The notes: a model not told the origin generated them from the letters alone. Counted from the stretch's first letter, positions 18,368 through 27,786 are shown. The stretch: DNA of 64,000 bases from Hyphomicrobiaceae bacterium (GCA_036280295.1 DASURA010000369.1:1341-65340); one strand, 5' to 3'. Numbers and translations: made by a program.

Positions 18368-20758
18368 ATGGAGGGAATGCTGAAGGTTTCGCATTTGTCG
18401 GTCAGCTACGGCAAGCATCTGGCGATCGACGACGTGTCTTTGCAGGTCGGACGCGGCGAGATCGTTGTCATGCTTGGCGCCAACGGTGCCGGCAAATCGT
18501 CGTGCCTCAAGGCGCTGGGGGGCCTTGTTCCGCACCTCGCCGGGGCGCGCATCGCCTTGGGCGACACCGATCTCACAGCGCTGCCGCCGCACATGCTGGT
18601 CGACGCCGGCTTGGCCCTGGTGCCTGAGGACCGAGGCATCTTCCCCGAGCTGTCGGTGCGCGACAACCTTGAGCTCGGCGCCTTCCCAGCCAGGGCCCGC
18701 CCCCGCGCCGGGGAGAATCTGAAGCGCGTCGTGGCGCTGTTTCCGCGCCTCGCCGAGCGCATGAGCCAGGCTGCAAACACGATGAGCGGCGGCGAGCGCC
18801 AGATGGTGGCCGTCGGCCGCGCGCTGATGTCCGACCCGGATGTGCTGCTGCTCGACGAGCCGTCGCTTGGCCTGTCGCCGCTGATCTGCAGCGAGCTGTT
18901 CCAGGCGCTGGCCAGGATCAAGGCACTGGGCGTGGGCGTGCTGCTCGTTGAGCAGAATGCCCGCCAAGCCCTGGCGATCGCCGACCGCGGCTACCTGTTG
19001 GAGAACGGCCGCATCGTCGGCGAGGGCTCATCTGAGGGCTTGCGCAACGACCCGGCTGTGCGGCGCGCCTATCTGGGCGGCACGGCGGAAAGCGGCAAGG
19101 GCCGGCGGCCCGGGCAAATTGCCAGCGCGGAGCCCATGCGCGACGGCGATGCGCTGCCACAAGCTGCTTGCGGGCATCTGCCGGTGAACGGCAGCCCGGT
19201 CTTGCGGCGAGCCGTGACAAGACAGATGGCGGCAGAGGCGCAAGCGACTGGAACGGCGGTTGCGGCTGGACCGCAGCCGAACAACAAGTCCCTGGGGAGC
19301 AAAACGATGATTGCAGTCGACCTGTTGATCAACAACGCCGACGAGAGCGCCGCCGGCAGCGCCACCTTCGATCGTCTTGACCCGATGACCGGCAGTACCG
19401 CCACCCGCGCCGCCGCCGCCAGCGCGGCCGACGCCAGCCGCGCCGCTGACGCTGCCGCGGCCGCGTTCCCGGCATGGTCGGAGATGGCACCAGCCGCGCG
19501 CCGCGCCCTGCTTAACAAGGCTGCCGATCTGATCGGCGCCGCCGGCGGCAGGTTCGCCGCCGTCATGGCCGGCGAGACCGGTTCTACCGCCATGTGGGCC
19601 GGCTTCAATTGCATGCTGGCCGCCGGCATGGTGCGCGAGGCGGCGGCCATGACCACGCAGATCGCCGGAGAGATCATCCCCTCGGACGTGCCCGGCAGCC
19701 TGGCCATGGGCTACCGCCAGCCGGTGGGCGTGGTGGCCGGCATCGCGCCGTGGAACGCGCCGGTAATCCTCGGCGTACGGGCCATCGCCATGCCGCTGGC
19801 GTGCGGCAACACGGTGGTGCTGAAAGCCTCGGAGATGTGCCCCGGCACGCACCGGCTGATCGGCGCGCTGTTCCGCGAGGCCGGCTTCCCGCCCGGCGTC
19901 GTCAACGTCGTCACCAACGCGCCCAAGGACGCCGGCGAGGTGGTGGACGCGCTGATCGCCCATCCGGCGGTGCGGCGCGTCAACTTCACCGGCTCCTCGC
20001 GCGTCGGCAAGATCATCGCCAGGAAGTGTGCGGAATACCTGAAGCCCGTGCTCCTGGAGCTGGGCGGCAAGTCTCCCCTGGTTGTGCTCGATGACGCCGA
20101 CCTCGACGAGGCGGTGAACGCCGCCGCGTTCGGCGCCTTCGCCAACTCGGGCCAGATCTGCATGTCGACCGAGCGCATCGTCGTCGACGAGGCAGTGGCC
20201 GACGCGTTCGTGGCCAAGCTTGCCGCCAAGGCCAAGTCGCTGTCGGTCGGCGACCCGCGCGAAGGCAAGGCGATCCTGGGCTCCGTGGTGGACCACGGCG
20301 CCGCCGAGCGCGTCACCGCACTGGTGCTCGACGCCGTCGCCAAGGGCGCCAGGCTGGTGGCCGGGGGCGAGATCAAGGGCACGCTCATCGGCGCCCACGT
20401 GCTCGACCACGTCACCCCGGCCATGCGCATCTACGAGGAGGAATCGTTCGGGCCGGTGACCACGGTAGTACGGGCCAGGGGCGTCGACGATGCGGTGCGC
20501 ATCGCCAACGACACGCCCTACGGTCTCTCCTCGGCGGTGTTCGGCCGCGATATCACCCGCGCGTTCGCGGTGGCGCGTCGGCTGGAAACCGGCATCTGCC
20601 ACATCAACGGCCCGACCGTGCACGACGAGGCGCAGATGCCCTTCGGCGGCGTGAAGGACTCAGGCTACGGCCGCTTCGGCGGCAAGGCGGCCATCAACGA
20701 GTTCACCGAGCTCCGGTGGATCACCATCCAGTCGGGGCACCGGCATTATCCGTTTTAA
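18368..20758 (+). CDS. Continuous ORF joining a LivF-like ABC ATPase domain to a full aldehyde dehydrogenase (fusion, or ATPase gene with lost stop)
   Basis: N-terminal part: Walker A GANGAGKSS, signature MSGGERQ, Walker B LLLDEPS, ending ...DPAVRRAYLGG as LivF proteins do. A linker of about 75 aa follows, then the ALDH. No stop codon in this frame from 18179 to 20758. Confidence 0.55.
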   Translation: MEGMLKVSHLSVSYGKHLAIDDVSLQVGRGEIVVMLGANGAGKSSCLKALGGLVPHLAGARIALGDTDLTALPPHMLVDAGLALVPEDRGIFPELSVRDNLELGAFPARARPRAGENLKRVVALFPRLAERMSQAANTMSGGERQMVAVGRALMSDPDVLLLDEPSLGLSPLICSELFQALARIKALGVGVLLVEQNARQALAIADRGYLLENGRIVGEGSSEGLRNDPAVRRAYLGGTAESGKGRRPGQIASAEPMRDGDALPQAACGHLPVNGSPVLRRAVTRQMAAEAQATGTAVAAGPQPNNKSLGSKTMIAVDLLINNADESAAGSATFDRLDPMTGSTATRAAAASAADASRAADAAAAAFPAWSEMAPAARRALLNKAADLIGAAGGRFAAVMAGETGSTAMWAGFNCMLAAGMVREAAAMTTQIAGEIIPSDVPGSLAMGYRQPVGVVAGIAPWNAPVILGVRAIAMPLACGNTVVLKASEMCPGTHRLIGALFREAGFPPGVVNVVTNAPKDAGEVVDALIAHPAVRRVNFTGSSRVGKIIARKCAEYLKPVLLELGGKSPLVVLDDADLDEAVNAAAFGAFANSGQICMSTERIVVDEAVADAFVAKLAAKAKSLSVGDPREGKAILGSVVDHGAAERVTALVLDAVAKGARLVAGGEIKGTLIGAHVLDHVTPAMRIYEEESFGPVTTVVRARGVDDAVRIANDTPYGLSSAVFGRDITRAFAVARRLETGICHINGPTVHDEAQMPFGGVKDSGYGRFGGKAAINEFTELRWITIQSGHRHYPF
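19307..20758 (+). CDS. NAD(P)-dependent aldehyde dehydrogenase (alternative model: independently translated from an internal start)
   Basis: ATG 19307 is preceded by GGGGAG at a 7-nt spacing. 483 aa. ALDH motifs ELGGKSP, FANSGQICMSTER (catalytic Cys), EESFGPV. Confidence 0.75.
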   Translation: MIAVDLLINNADESAAGSATFDRLDPMTGSTATRAAAASAADASRAADAAAAAFPAWSEMAPAARRALLNKAADLIGAAGGRFAAVMAGETGSTAMWAGFNCMLAAGMVREAAAMTTQIAGEIIPSDVPGSLAMGYRQPVGVVAGIAPWNAPVILGVRAIAMPLACGNTVVLKASEMCPGTHRLIGALFREAGFPPGVVNVVTNAPKDAGEVVDALIAHPAVRRVNFTGSSRVGKIIARKCAEYLKPVLLELGGKSPLVVLDDADLDEAVNAAAFGAFANSGQICMSTERIVVDEAVADAFVAKLAAKAKSLSVGDPREGKAILGSVVDHGAAERVTALVLDAVAKGARLVAGGEIKGTLIGAHVLDHVTPAMRIYEEESFGPVTTVVRARGVDDAVRIANDTPYGLSSAVFGRDITRAFAVARRLETGICHINGPTVHDEAQMPFGGVKDSGYGRFGGKAAINEFTELRWITIQSGHRHYPF

Positions 20759-21032
20759 TCGAAACGCGCGGCCGGGACCCAGGGCAGTCCGGGGGGAGCG
20801 GGGCAAAGCCCGTGGGTCCGGAGCAGCGGCGGGTTCACCGCGCTCCCGGAAGACAGGTGCGTGTCTGTCATCCGCGGCCAGTCGCGTTGCTATGAAGATG
20901 GGATGAAGCGCGAGCGTTGGAAGGGGTGCTCGCGCAGGCGTGACCGGCGTTGATCGACATGAACAGCCTGTTATTTCAGCCAGATAAGAACACCGCTCGG
21001 CGACAGCGACCGTGCGCACCATGCTGAGCGCC

Positions 21033-21289
21033 ATGAGCATCACCCTGTCACCCGAGTAGCAGCAGGAGCTGGAGCCGCTGTTGCCACCGGACGGTTCCCG
21101 TCGGTCGAGGAGGCGGTCCGCTTTTCTGTCGGGCAGCTCTTGCTGGAGGAGGAGGAGGCGAAGCTCGGTGACCTCTCGTGAGTCAAGCCGTACCTCGACG
21201 AGGCACGCGCAGAGATTGCGCGCGAGGAGACGATTTCACTGGAGGCGTTCAACGCGCACGTTGAAGAGCACGTGTCGAAGCTGCGCTAA
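21033..21289 (+). pseudogene. Decayed ParD/RHH-type antitoxin gene
   Basis: My own translation: MSITLSPE-TAG(21057)-QQELEPLL, then a frame change to VATGRFPSVEEAVRFSVGQLLLEEEEAKLGDLS-TGA(21179)-VKPYLDEARAEIAREETISLEAFNAHVEEHVSKLR. It resembles the ParD consensus as I recall it (MS.TL..E...F....V.SGRY.SASEV.R..LRLLEE). No intact toxin partner is present. Confidence 0.55.
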
Positions 21290-21379
21290 TGCATGGAGCC
21301 CTTCGCGTTCTTGACCGCCCGCCGTAACATCGCGGCCAAGATGATCGCGCACGGCCGCAAGCCGCAGGCCGTCTGACCC

Positions 21380-23101
21380 TCAATGGATCTCCGGCTCCGG
21401 CACGGGGGCGCCGTGCTCCAGGAAGTCGAAGTCGCACCCCGAATCGGCCTGGCCGATGTGCTCCTGGAACATGCGGCCGTAGCCGCGCTCATAGCGCGGG
21501 GCGGGCGCCACCCACGTCGCCCGGCGGCGCGCCAGCTCCTCATCCGACACATGGAGGTGAAGGCGGCGCTGCGCCACGTCCACCTCGATCACGTCGCCTG
21601 TCTGTACAAGTGCCAGCGGGCCGCCGACGAAACTCTCCGGCGCCACGTGCAGGATGCAGGCGCCGTAGCTGGTGCCCGACATGCGTGCGTCCGAGAGGCG
21701 CAGCATGTCGCGCACGCCGGCGCGCACCAGCTTGCGCGGGATCGGCAGCATGCCCCATTCCGGCATGCCCGGCCCGCCCTTCGGCCCGGAATTCTGCAGC
21801 ACCAGCACGTCGTCGGCCGTCACCTCGAGGTCGTCGCGATCGATCTCCGCGGCCATGTGGTTGTAGTCGCGGAACACCACGGCACGGCCGCGGTGCTGGC
21901 ACAGCCGGGGCTCCGCGGCCGATGGCTTCATGACGGCACCGCCGGGCGCCAGGTTGCCGCGCAGCACCGCCGTGCCGCCCTCGGCGTAGATCGGCTTGTC
22001 GAGTGGGCGGATGACATCAGGGTGGAACACCTCGGCGTGGGCGATGTTTTCGCTGAGTGTCCGGCCGTTCACGGCCACCGCCCGGCCATCCAGCCGGTCC
22101 GCCAGCACCTTCATCAGCGCCAGAATGCCGCCGGCATAGAAGAAGTCCTCCATCAGGTGGGCCCCGGACGGCCGCACATTGGCGATCACCGGCACCTTGC
22201 GCGAGATGCGGTCGAAGTCGTCAAGGGAAAGGGCGATGCCGGCCCGGCGCGCCATGGCAATCACATGGATCATGGCATTGGTGGACCCGCCCATGGCCAT
22301 GTGCACGGCAATGGCATTCTCGAACGCCGCCGGAGTCAGAATGTCGGCCGGCTTGACGTCCTCCCACACCATCTCGACGATCCGCCGCCCGGCTTGGCCG
22401 CACATGCGCGGATGACCGGCATCGGCAGCGGGGATTGACGAAGCGCCGGGCAGCGCCAGTCCCAGCACCTCGGCAATCGCCATCATGGTGGCGGCGGTGC
22501 CCATCGTCATGCAGGTGCCGAACGAGCGTGCCACGCCGCCCTCGATCGCCGCCCAGTCCTCCTCCGAGATATTGCCCGCACGCTTCTCGTCCCAGTACTT
22601 CCAGGCGTCAGAGCCGGAGCCGAGCGTCTGGCCGCGCCAGTTGCCGCGCAGCTGCGGGCCGGCCGGGACGTAGATCGCCGGCAGCCCCATGGAGATGGCA
22701 CCCATGATGAGGCCGGGCGTGGTCTTGTCGCATCCGCCGAGCAGCACCGCGCCGTCGATCGGGTGCGAGCGCAGCAACTCCTCCGTCTCCATCGCCAGGA
22801 AGTTTCGATAGAGCATCGTGGAGGGCTTCACGAACGGCTCCGCCAGGGAGATCGCCGGCAGCTCCATGGGCAGCCCGCCCGCCTGAAGCACGCCGCGCTT
22901 AACGTCCTCGGCGCGGTCGCGCAGGTGGGCGTGGCAAGCGTTGATGTCGCTCCAGGTATTGACGATGCCGATCACCGGCTTGCCCTGCCAGTCCTCGGCG
23001 TCGTAGCCCATCTGGCGCAGGCGGGCGCGATGGCCGAAGGCGCGCAGATCCTGCACGCCGAGCCAGCGATGGGAGCGCAGCTCCTCGGGGCGTTTACGCA
23101 T
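21380..23101 (-). CDS. IlvD/Edd-family dehydratase (sugar-acid dehydratase-like)
   Basis: 573 aa from ATG 23101. GGCDKTTPG Fe-S cluster motif, ...MAMGGSTNA..., C-terminal SDARMSGTSYG. Overlaps the upstream permease gene by 8 nt. Confidence 0.9.
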   Translation of the reverse strand: MRKRPEELRSHRWLGVQDLRAFGHRARLRQMGYDAEDWQGKPVIGIVNTWSDINACHAHLRDRAEDVKRGVLQAGGLPMELPAISLAEPFVKPSTMLYRNFLAMETEELLRSHPIDGAVLLGGCDKTTPGLIMGAISMGLPAIYVPAGPQLRGNWRGQTLGSGSDAWKYWDEKRAGNISEEDWAAIEGGVARSFGTCMTMGTAATMMAIAEVLGLALPGASSIPAADAGHPRMCGQAGRRIVEMVWEDVKPADILTPAAFENAIAVHMAMGGSTNAMIHVIAMARRAGIALSLDDFDRISRKVPVIANVRPSGAHLMEDFFYAGGILALMKVLADRLDGRAVAVNGRTLSENIAHAEVFHPDVIRPLDKPIYAEGGTAVLRGNLAPGGAVMKPSAAEPRLCQHRGRAVVFRDYNHMAAEIDRDDLEVTADDVLVLQNSGPKGGPGMPEWGMLPIPRKLVRAGVRDMLRLSDARMSGTSYGACILHVAPESFVGGPLALVQTGDVIEVDVAQRRLHLHVSDEELARRRATWVAPAPRYERGYGRMFQEHIGQADSGCDFDFLEHGAPVPEPEIH

Positions 23102-25250
23102 GGGGCCTTTGCGGCTTTCCTGCGGCCGCAGCGCCGACCGAAGCCGGGACCGGGGCGGGACCGGCACGAACAAGGAGCTCGAAAACGATCACCGCCGCCA
23201 TGATCGCGAGGCCGGCCAGATCGGCCCACAAGGTCGGGACGACCAGCAGAATGGCGCCGAGAATGGCAACGCCGCGCTCCCACATCGGCATCCATCTGAG
23301 AAAATAGCCGTGCAGGCCTCCAGCCAGCAGCGCGATGCCGACGCAGGAGAGCACCAGACGCCAGACGATATGCGGCCAGTCGCCGATCATCAGCAGCGAC
23401 GGGTCGTACACGAACATGAACGGCACGACGAACCCGGCCGCCCCCACCTTCACGGCGGCCAAGCCGGCCTTCCACAAGTCCGCCTTGGCCAGCCCGGCCG
23501 CGGCGAACACGGCAAGCGCCACCGGCGGCGTGATGGACGAGAGGATCGCGAAGTAGAACGCGAACATGTGCGCGGCGGGGATGATGACGCCCAGCTTGAT
23601 GAGCGCCGGCACCAGCAGCGAGACCATGATGATGTAGGCGGGCGTGGTCGGCATGCCCATGCCGAGGACAATGCCGGCCATCATCGTGAGCACCAGGGCC
23701 AGCAGCAGCACGTTCTGCGAGATGTCGACCACCCATTGCGTGAAGGTGATGCCAAGACCGGTCAGGATGACGATGCCGATGATGATACCGGCGGCGGCGC
23801 AGGCAAGTGCCACGGGCAGAGTGTTGCGGGCGCCATCGATCATCGCGTCGACAATCGGCCGCCCTTCGATCTTGAGGTAGATCGTCTTGCCCTGCACCGC
23901 CCACAGCCAGAGCCCGATGATTGCCGCGAAGATGGCCGCCTCGATGAGCGGGTGCAGCCCGAAAATCGCCGGGATCAGCGCCGGGAATCCGTGCCACACC
24001 ACCGGCAGGGCCGTCAGCACTGGCAGGATGAGCGTAACGGCCGGTCCGAACCAGGCGGCAGGGAAGCACATCAGCGTTCCCGTCAGCGCCGCCAGCGGCG
24101 CGCTGTAGCCCGAGTACATGACGAACAGGATCGAGCAGACGGGGATGAACAGATGCCCGCGTGCCGCGAGCACGTCGCGCAGCACCGGCAGCTCGTTGCG
24201 CGGTACGCCCAGCAGCCCCTGGCGCTTGGCCTCGAAGTGCACCGCGGCGAAGCAGGCGACGTAGTACAGCACCGCCGGGATGGCAGCCCAGATCACCACC
24301 TGGGCGTAGCTCACGCCCTGGAACTCGGCCATCACGAACGCCGCGGCGCCCATGATCGGCGGCATGATCTGGCCGCCGGTGGAGGCCGTCGCCTCCACTG
24401 CGGCCGCGAAGTGCGCCTTGAAGCCGGTGCGCTTCATCAGGGGAATCGAGATCGGCCCGTCCACCATCACGTTGGCGACGGCGGAGCCGGAGATGGTGCC
24501 GAACAGCGACGAGGATACCACCGAGACCTTACCGGGGCCGCCGGCGGTGTGGCCGGTGATGCCCATGGCAAAGTCCATGAACAGCTGGCCGGTGCCAGTG
24601 CGCTCCATGAAGGCGCCGAACAGCACGAAGATCATCACGTAGGATGCCGACACCGCCAGCGGCTGGCCGAAGATGCCCTCGGTCGACAGGTAGAGCTGAT
24701 CGACAAGGCTCAACGGCTCGACCTGCGTGAATCCGAAGGCGTAAATGACGAATACCAGGCAGGTGATCGGCAGGGCTGGCCCGAGCACGCGGCGCGTGCC
24801 TTCAAGGACGAGCAGGATCAGGACCACGCTGCAGGCGATGTCCGACCACGCCATTTCATCGATGTAGATGATGCGGTTTATGATGTAGTCGTAGTTCCAG
24901 AAGATGTAGCCGATGCACACCACGCTCGCGACGACCAGCAGCAGGTCGAGCCACGATGGCGTCCGGTACCTGCTTTCCACCTCGGCCCGCGCGTCCGGCT
25001 TCAGCATCGCAAGGTCGTCGTCGGTCGGCGACTTCAGGCGGAAGTAGAGAAAGGTGAGGACCAGCGCGAAGCCCAGGTGAAGGGCGCGGAACAGGTAGTC
25101 GGTGAGCGGCCCACGGAACACCTCGCGCAGGGACGGCGAGATGAAGTCGAGCGGCGGTACGGTGACGTAGAGGTGGTAGAGCGCCATGGCCAGGGCGACA
25201 GCCGCCGCGACATGGCGCAGCCAATCGCGCTTGGTAGTATTGCTCGTCAT
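23094..25250 (-). CDS. TAXI-type TRAP transporter fused permease (DctQ-DctM-like)
   Basis: 718 aa and highly hydrophobic; the size and the N-terminus DWLRHVAAAVALAMALYHLY are typical of TAXI-associated fused permeases. Adjacent to a TAXI binding protein gene. Confidence 0.85.
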   Translation of the reverse strand: MTSNTTKRDWLRHVAAAVALAMALYHLYVTVPPLDFISPSLREVFRGPLTDYLFRALHLGFALVLTFLYFRLKSPTDDDLAMLKPDARAEVESRYRTPSWLDLLLVVASVVCIGYIFWNYDYIINRIIYIDEMAWSDIACSVVLILLVLEGTRRVLGPALPITCLVFVIYAFGFTQVEPLSLVDQLYLSTEGIFGQPLAVSASYVMIFVLFGAFMERTGTGQLFMDFAMGITGHTAGGPGKVSVVSSSLFGTISGSAVANVMVDGPISIPLMKRTGFKAHFAAAVEATASTGGQIMPPIMGAAAFVMAEFQGVSYAQVVIWAAIPAVLYYVACFAAVHFEAKRQGLLGVPRNELPVLRDVLAARGHLFIPVCSILFVMYSGYSAPLAALTGTLMCFPAAWFGPAVTLILPVLTALPVVWHGFPALIPAIFGLHPLIEAAIFAAIIGLWLWAVQGKTIYLKIEGRPIVDAMIDGARNTLPVALACAAAGIIIGIVILTGLGITFTQWVVDISQNVLLLALVLTMMAGIVLGMGMPTTPAYIIMVSLLVPALIKLGVIIPAAHMFAFYFAILSSITPPVALAVFAAAGLAKADLWKAGLAAVKVGAAGFVVPFMFVYDPSLLMIGDWPHIVWRLVLSCVGIALLAGGLHGYFLRWMPMWERGVAILGAILLVVPTLWADLAGLAIMAAVIVFELLVRAGPAPVPASVGAAAAGKPQRPHA

Positions 25251-25286
25251 GAGATGCTTTTCCTGCCCTAGGCACTCGGTTCTTGG

Positions 25287-25368
25287 GGTGTCAGACCACT
25301 GGGTCTGACACCAATTTCCTAGGACCTGCGTAGATCCAGGATGTCAGACTCGGAAGGGCCTGACGTCC
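25287..25368. repeat. REP family D: two hairpins between the TAXI binding-protein and permease genes
   Basis: GGTGTCAGACCactGGGTCTGACACC (25287-25312) and GGATGTCAGACTcggaaggGCCTGACGTCC (25339-25368). Confidence 0.7.
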
Positions 25369-25385
25369 GCGTCGCTTCGAGCGAC

Positions 25386-26336
25386 CTATTTCACGGAGAT
25401 GCCCTTCTCCTTGTACCACTTGGCGGCGCCGGCGTGGAACGGCACGCCGATGTCCTGCGCCATGATCTCAGGCGTCATCTTGGCCAGCTCCTTGTAGACC
25501 GCCGCCATGCCGTCCTTCTTGTCGTAGATGGCCGCCGTCATCTTGTAGACGGTGTCCGCCGGCAGCGAACAGGCGGCGATGACGTGGGTGTAGTAGCCGA
25601 TCACCTGCACGTCCTTATCCTGCTTGGGGTAGGTGCCCTTGGGGATCGTGACCAGCTTGTAGGCCGGGTTGATCTTGCGCATCGGCTCGTAGATCGCGGC
25701 CATGTCGAGCAGCTTCATGTCGCGCGCCGACGCCAGGTCCATGAGCGAGCTGGCCGGGATGCCGGTGCCCAGCCCGAACGCGTGCATGCGGTTGTCCTTC
25801 AGCTGCTCGACGCTGTCTGTATAGCTGTTGGTGAAGCTCGCCTTCACGTCGTTGTAGGTCAGGCCCACCGACTTCAACACGTGGCGGGTAATGAGCTCGC
25901 CGGTGTTGCCCTTGACCTGGGTGGCGACGCCCTTGCCCTTCAGATCCTTCAGCGAGTTGATGCCGGAATCGGCGGTCACCACGAGCTGGAAGTATTGCGG
26001 GTAGAGGGTCGCGACGTTGCAGACCTTGTCGTGCTTGGTGTTGAGCGGCGGCTCGCCCGTGCCCGCCACGGCATCGGCCGTCGAGATGGTGTTGGCAAAG
26101 CCCACGTCCGCCTTGCCGGTCTGGATGGCACGCACGTTGGCGATGCCGGCGCCGGGGAGGTTCTGCACCTTGAGCCCCGGAATGGTCTTTTCCCAGCCAT
26201 CCTTGAGCTGGCCGCCCAATGGCACCCAGAAGCCGGCCTGCGGGCCGGTCATAAACTTCACGTCCATCGCGCTCGCCGCTCCGGCAAGGGCGAAGGCGGC
26301 AGCAATGACCGCGCCCCGCAAAATCGTTCCCTTCAT
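25386..26336 (-). CDS. TAXI-family TRAP transporter solute-binding protein
   Basis: ATG 26336 with GGGAGGA RBS. Signal peptide MKGTILRGAVIAAAFALAGAASA. TAXI-like FMTGPQAGFWVPLGG and NVRAIQTGKADVGF motifs. Confidence 0.85.
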   Translation of the reverse strand: MKGTILRGAVIAAAFALAGAASAMDVKFMTGPQAGFWVPLGGQLKDGWEKTIPGLKVQNLPGAGIANVRAIQTGKADVGFANTISTADAVAGTGEPPLNTKHDKVCNVATLYPQYFQLVVTADSGINSLKDLKGKGVATQVKGNTGELITRHVLKSVGLTYNDVKASFTNSYTDSVEQLKDNRMHAFGLGTGIPASSLMDLASARDMKLLDMAAIYEPMRKINPAYKLVTIPKGTYPKQDKDVQVIGYYTHVIAACSLPADTVYKMTAAIYDKKDGMAAVYKELAKMTPEIMAQDIGVPFHAGAAKWYKEKGISVK

Positions 26337-26559
26337 ATCATCCTCCCTGCTGGGTTGGGTTTTCTCGCTAGAGCCCGGCACGACACTAGCGTCCCGTGCA
26401 GCGATTGGCCAGTCAACGCAGACGCCGCCGCCAGCCCACTTGGTGTTAAACTGATCCGGCCGCGCGCGGACCCCGACGTTGGTCGCAAGCACGATCCATC
26501 GCGCATCGTCCAGCCTGCGCCCGTGCATTTCGCGATAGTGAAAGAGGAGCCTGCCAGCC

Positions 26560-27753
26560 ATGCGCATCGTCAAGATCGAGGACCTGCACGCAGACGGTGG
26601 CTGGCGCACCACCTCGTTCCTGAAGATCACGACAGACGAGGGGCTGACAGGCTGGTCCGAGTTCTATGACGGCTTCGGTGCGGGCGGCATCAGCGATTTG
26701 ATCCGCCGCTATGCGGGCGTTGTGCAGGGCATGGACCCGCGCGATGTCGGGCGCCTCAGTGCGTCGCTGCACGCGATCTCGCGCATGGCTGCCGGCGGTG
26801 CCAACCACCAGGCGATCGCCGCGATCGAAAATGCCTGCCTGGACGTGAAGGCGAAGGCCCTCGGCGTGCCAGTCTATGCCCTGTTCGGCGGCGCCATGCG
26901 CGACAGGCTTGACCTCTACTGGTCCCACTGCGGCAGCTTCCGCGTCTGGCAGCGCGATTTTTTCGAAAATGAGCTCCGCCTGCCTCCCTTGCGCACGCTT
27001 GACGACGTGAAGGACCTCGGCCGGGAAGCCGTGCGCCGCGGCTATAAGGCGCTCAAGACCAACCCGCTGCAAGTGGGCGAGGGTGCGCGGCCCTTCAATC
27101 CCGGCTTCCGCATCGTGCCCGGCCTCCTCGACCGCAAGGCTGACGCCGCCTGGATCGGCCAGATCAGCGACGTGCTCGCCGCCTTCCGCGAGGGTGCCGG
27201 CCCGCAGATGGGCATCATGTTCGACCTGAACTTCAGCCAGCGCACCGACGGCTATCTGCGCATCGCACAGGCCGTCGAGCCGTTCAAGCTGGCGTGGCTC
27301 GAGGTTGACATCCACGACGCCGATGCGCTTGCCCTGATCCGCCGCTCGACACGCACGCCGATCGCATCGCTGGAGTCGCTCTACGGCCTGAAGCAGCACC
27401 GGCCGTTCCTGCAACAGTACGCGGTCGACGTTGCCATCGTCGATGTGCCGTGGAACGGCCTATGGGAGTCGATCCGCGTCGCAACCCTGGCGGATGCGTT
27501 CGAGATCGATGTTGCCCCGCACAACTACTATGGCGATCTGGCGACGCTGATGAGCGCGCATTTCTGCGCCGCGGTGCCCAACTTCCGCATCATGGAGTAC
27601 GAGGGCGACGACGTGCCTTGGCGCGGCGAGTATCTGACGCATCCACCTGTGGTGGAGAACGGCCAGCTCGTGGTGCCGACGCGCCCGGGCTGGGGCAGCG
27701 ACATCAACGAGGAGGCGATCCGGGCGCGGCCGCCGCGCCAGCGCCGGACGTGA
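26560..27753 (+). CDS. Enolase-superfamily enzyme (mandelate racemase/muconate lactonizing family, acid-sugar dehydratase-like)
   Basis: 397 aa. N-terminal capping domain MRIVKIEDL...LKITTDEGLTGWSE, AIENACLDVKAKALGVPVYALFGG, and a barrel region with acidic metal-ligand positions. Confidence 0.85.
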   Translation: MRIVKIEDLHADGGWRTTSFLKITTDEGLTGWSEFYDGFGAGGISDLIRRYAGVVQGMDPRDVGRLSASLHAISRMAAGGANHQAIAAIENACLDVKAKALGVPVYALFGGAMRDRLDLYWSHCGSFRVWQRDFFENELRLPPLRTLDDVKDLGREAVRRGYKALKTNPLQVGEGARPFNPGFRIVPGLLDRKADAAWIGQISDVLAAFREGAGPQMGIMFDLNFSQRTDGYLRIAQAVEPFKLAWLEVDIHDADALALIRRSTRTPIASLESLYGLKQHRPFLQQYAVDVAIVDVPWNGLWESIRVATLADAFEIDVAPHNYYGDLATLMSAHFCAAVPNFRIMEYEGDDVPWRGEYLTHPPVVENGQLVVPTRPGWGSDINEEAIRARPPRQRRT

Positions 27754-27786
27754 CGGCGTCGATGGCGGCGCAGGAGGACACGACGA

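Noticed and set aside
20950-20963. 9/10 FNR-like boxes at 20950-20963 (TTGAT-CGAC-ATGAA), 35127-35140 (TTGAT-TGCG-GTCGA) and 49230-49243 (TTGAC-CGAT-GTCGA).
   Set aside because: One-mismatch boxes are expected about once or twice by chance in 64 kb, so I did not call them as features. The 35127 site is mentioned only as supporting context for the perfect boxes.
20660-21043. 127-aa minus-strand ORF spanning the ALDH 3' end and the downstream spacer; also 21040-21252 (minus) and 21081-21314 (plus).
   Set aside because: The first overlaps the ALDH out of frame. The other two are better explained as alternative frames of the decayed ParD-type pseudogene.
23100-25271. 723-aa plus-strand ORF antisense to the TRAP permease. 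Similar very long antisense ORFs occur at 29439-32030 (863 aa), 35194-37002 (602 aa), 40596-43556 (986 aa), 8823-10385, 14931-16493, 19028-20623 and 16888-18003.
   Set aside because: All are Arg/Gly/His/Asp-rich mirror-frame ORFs opposite genes with unambiguous motifs (RND pump, MlaE/F, Pat, UreC, UrtB, ALDH, UrtA). Long stop-free antisense frames are expected at this GC content.
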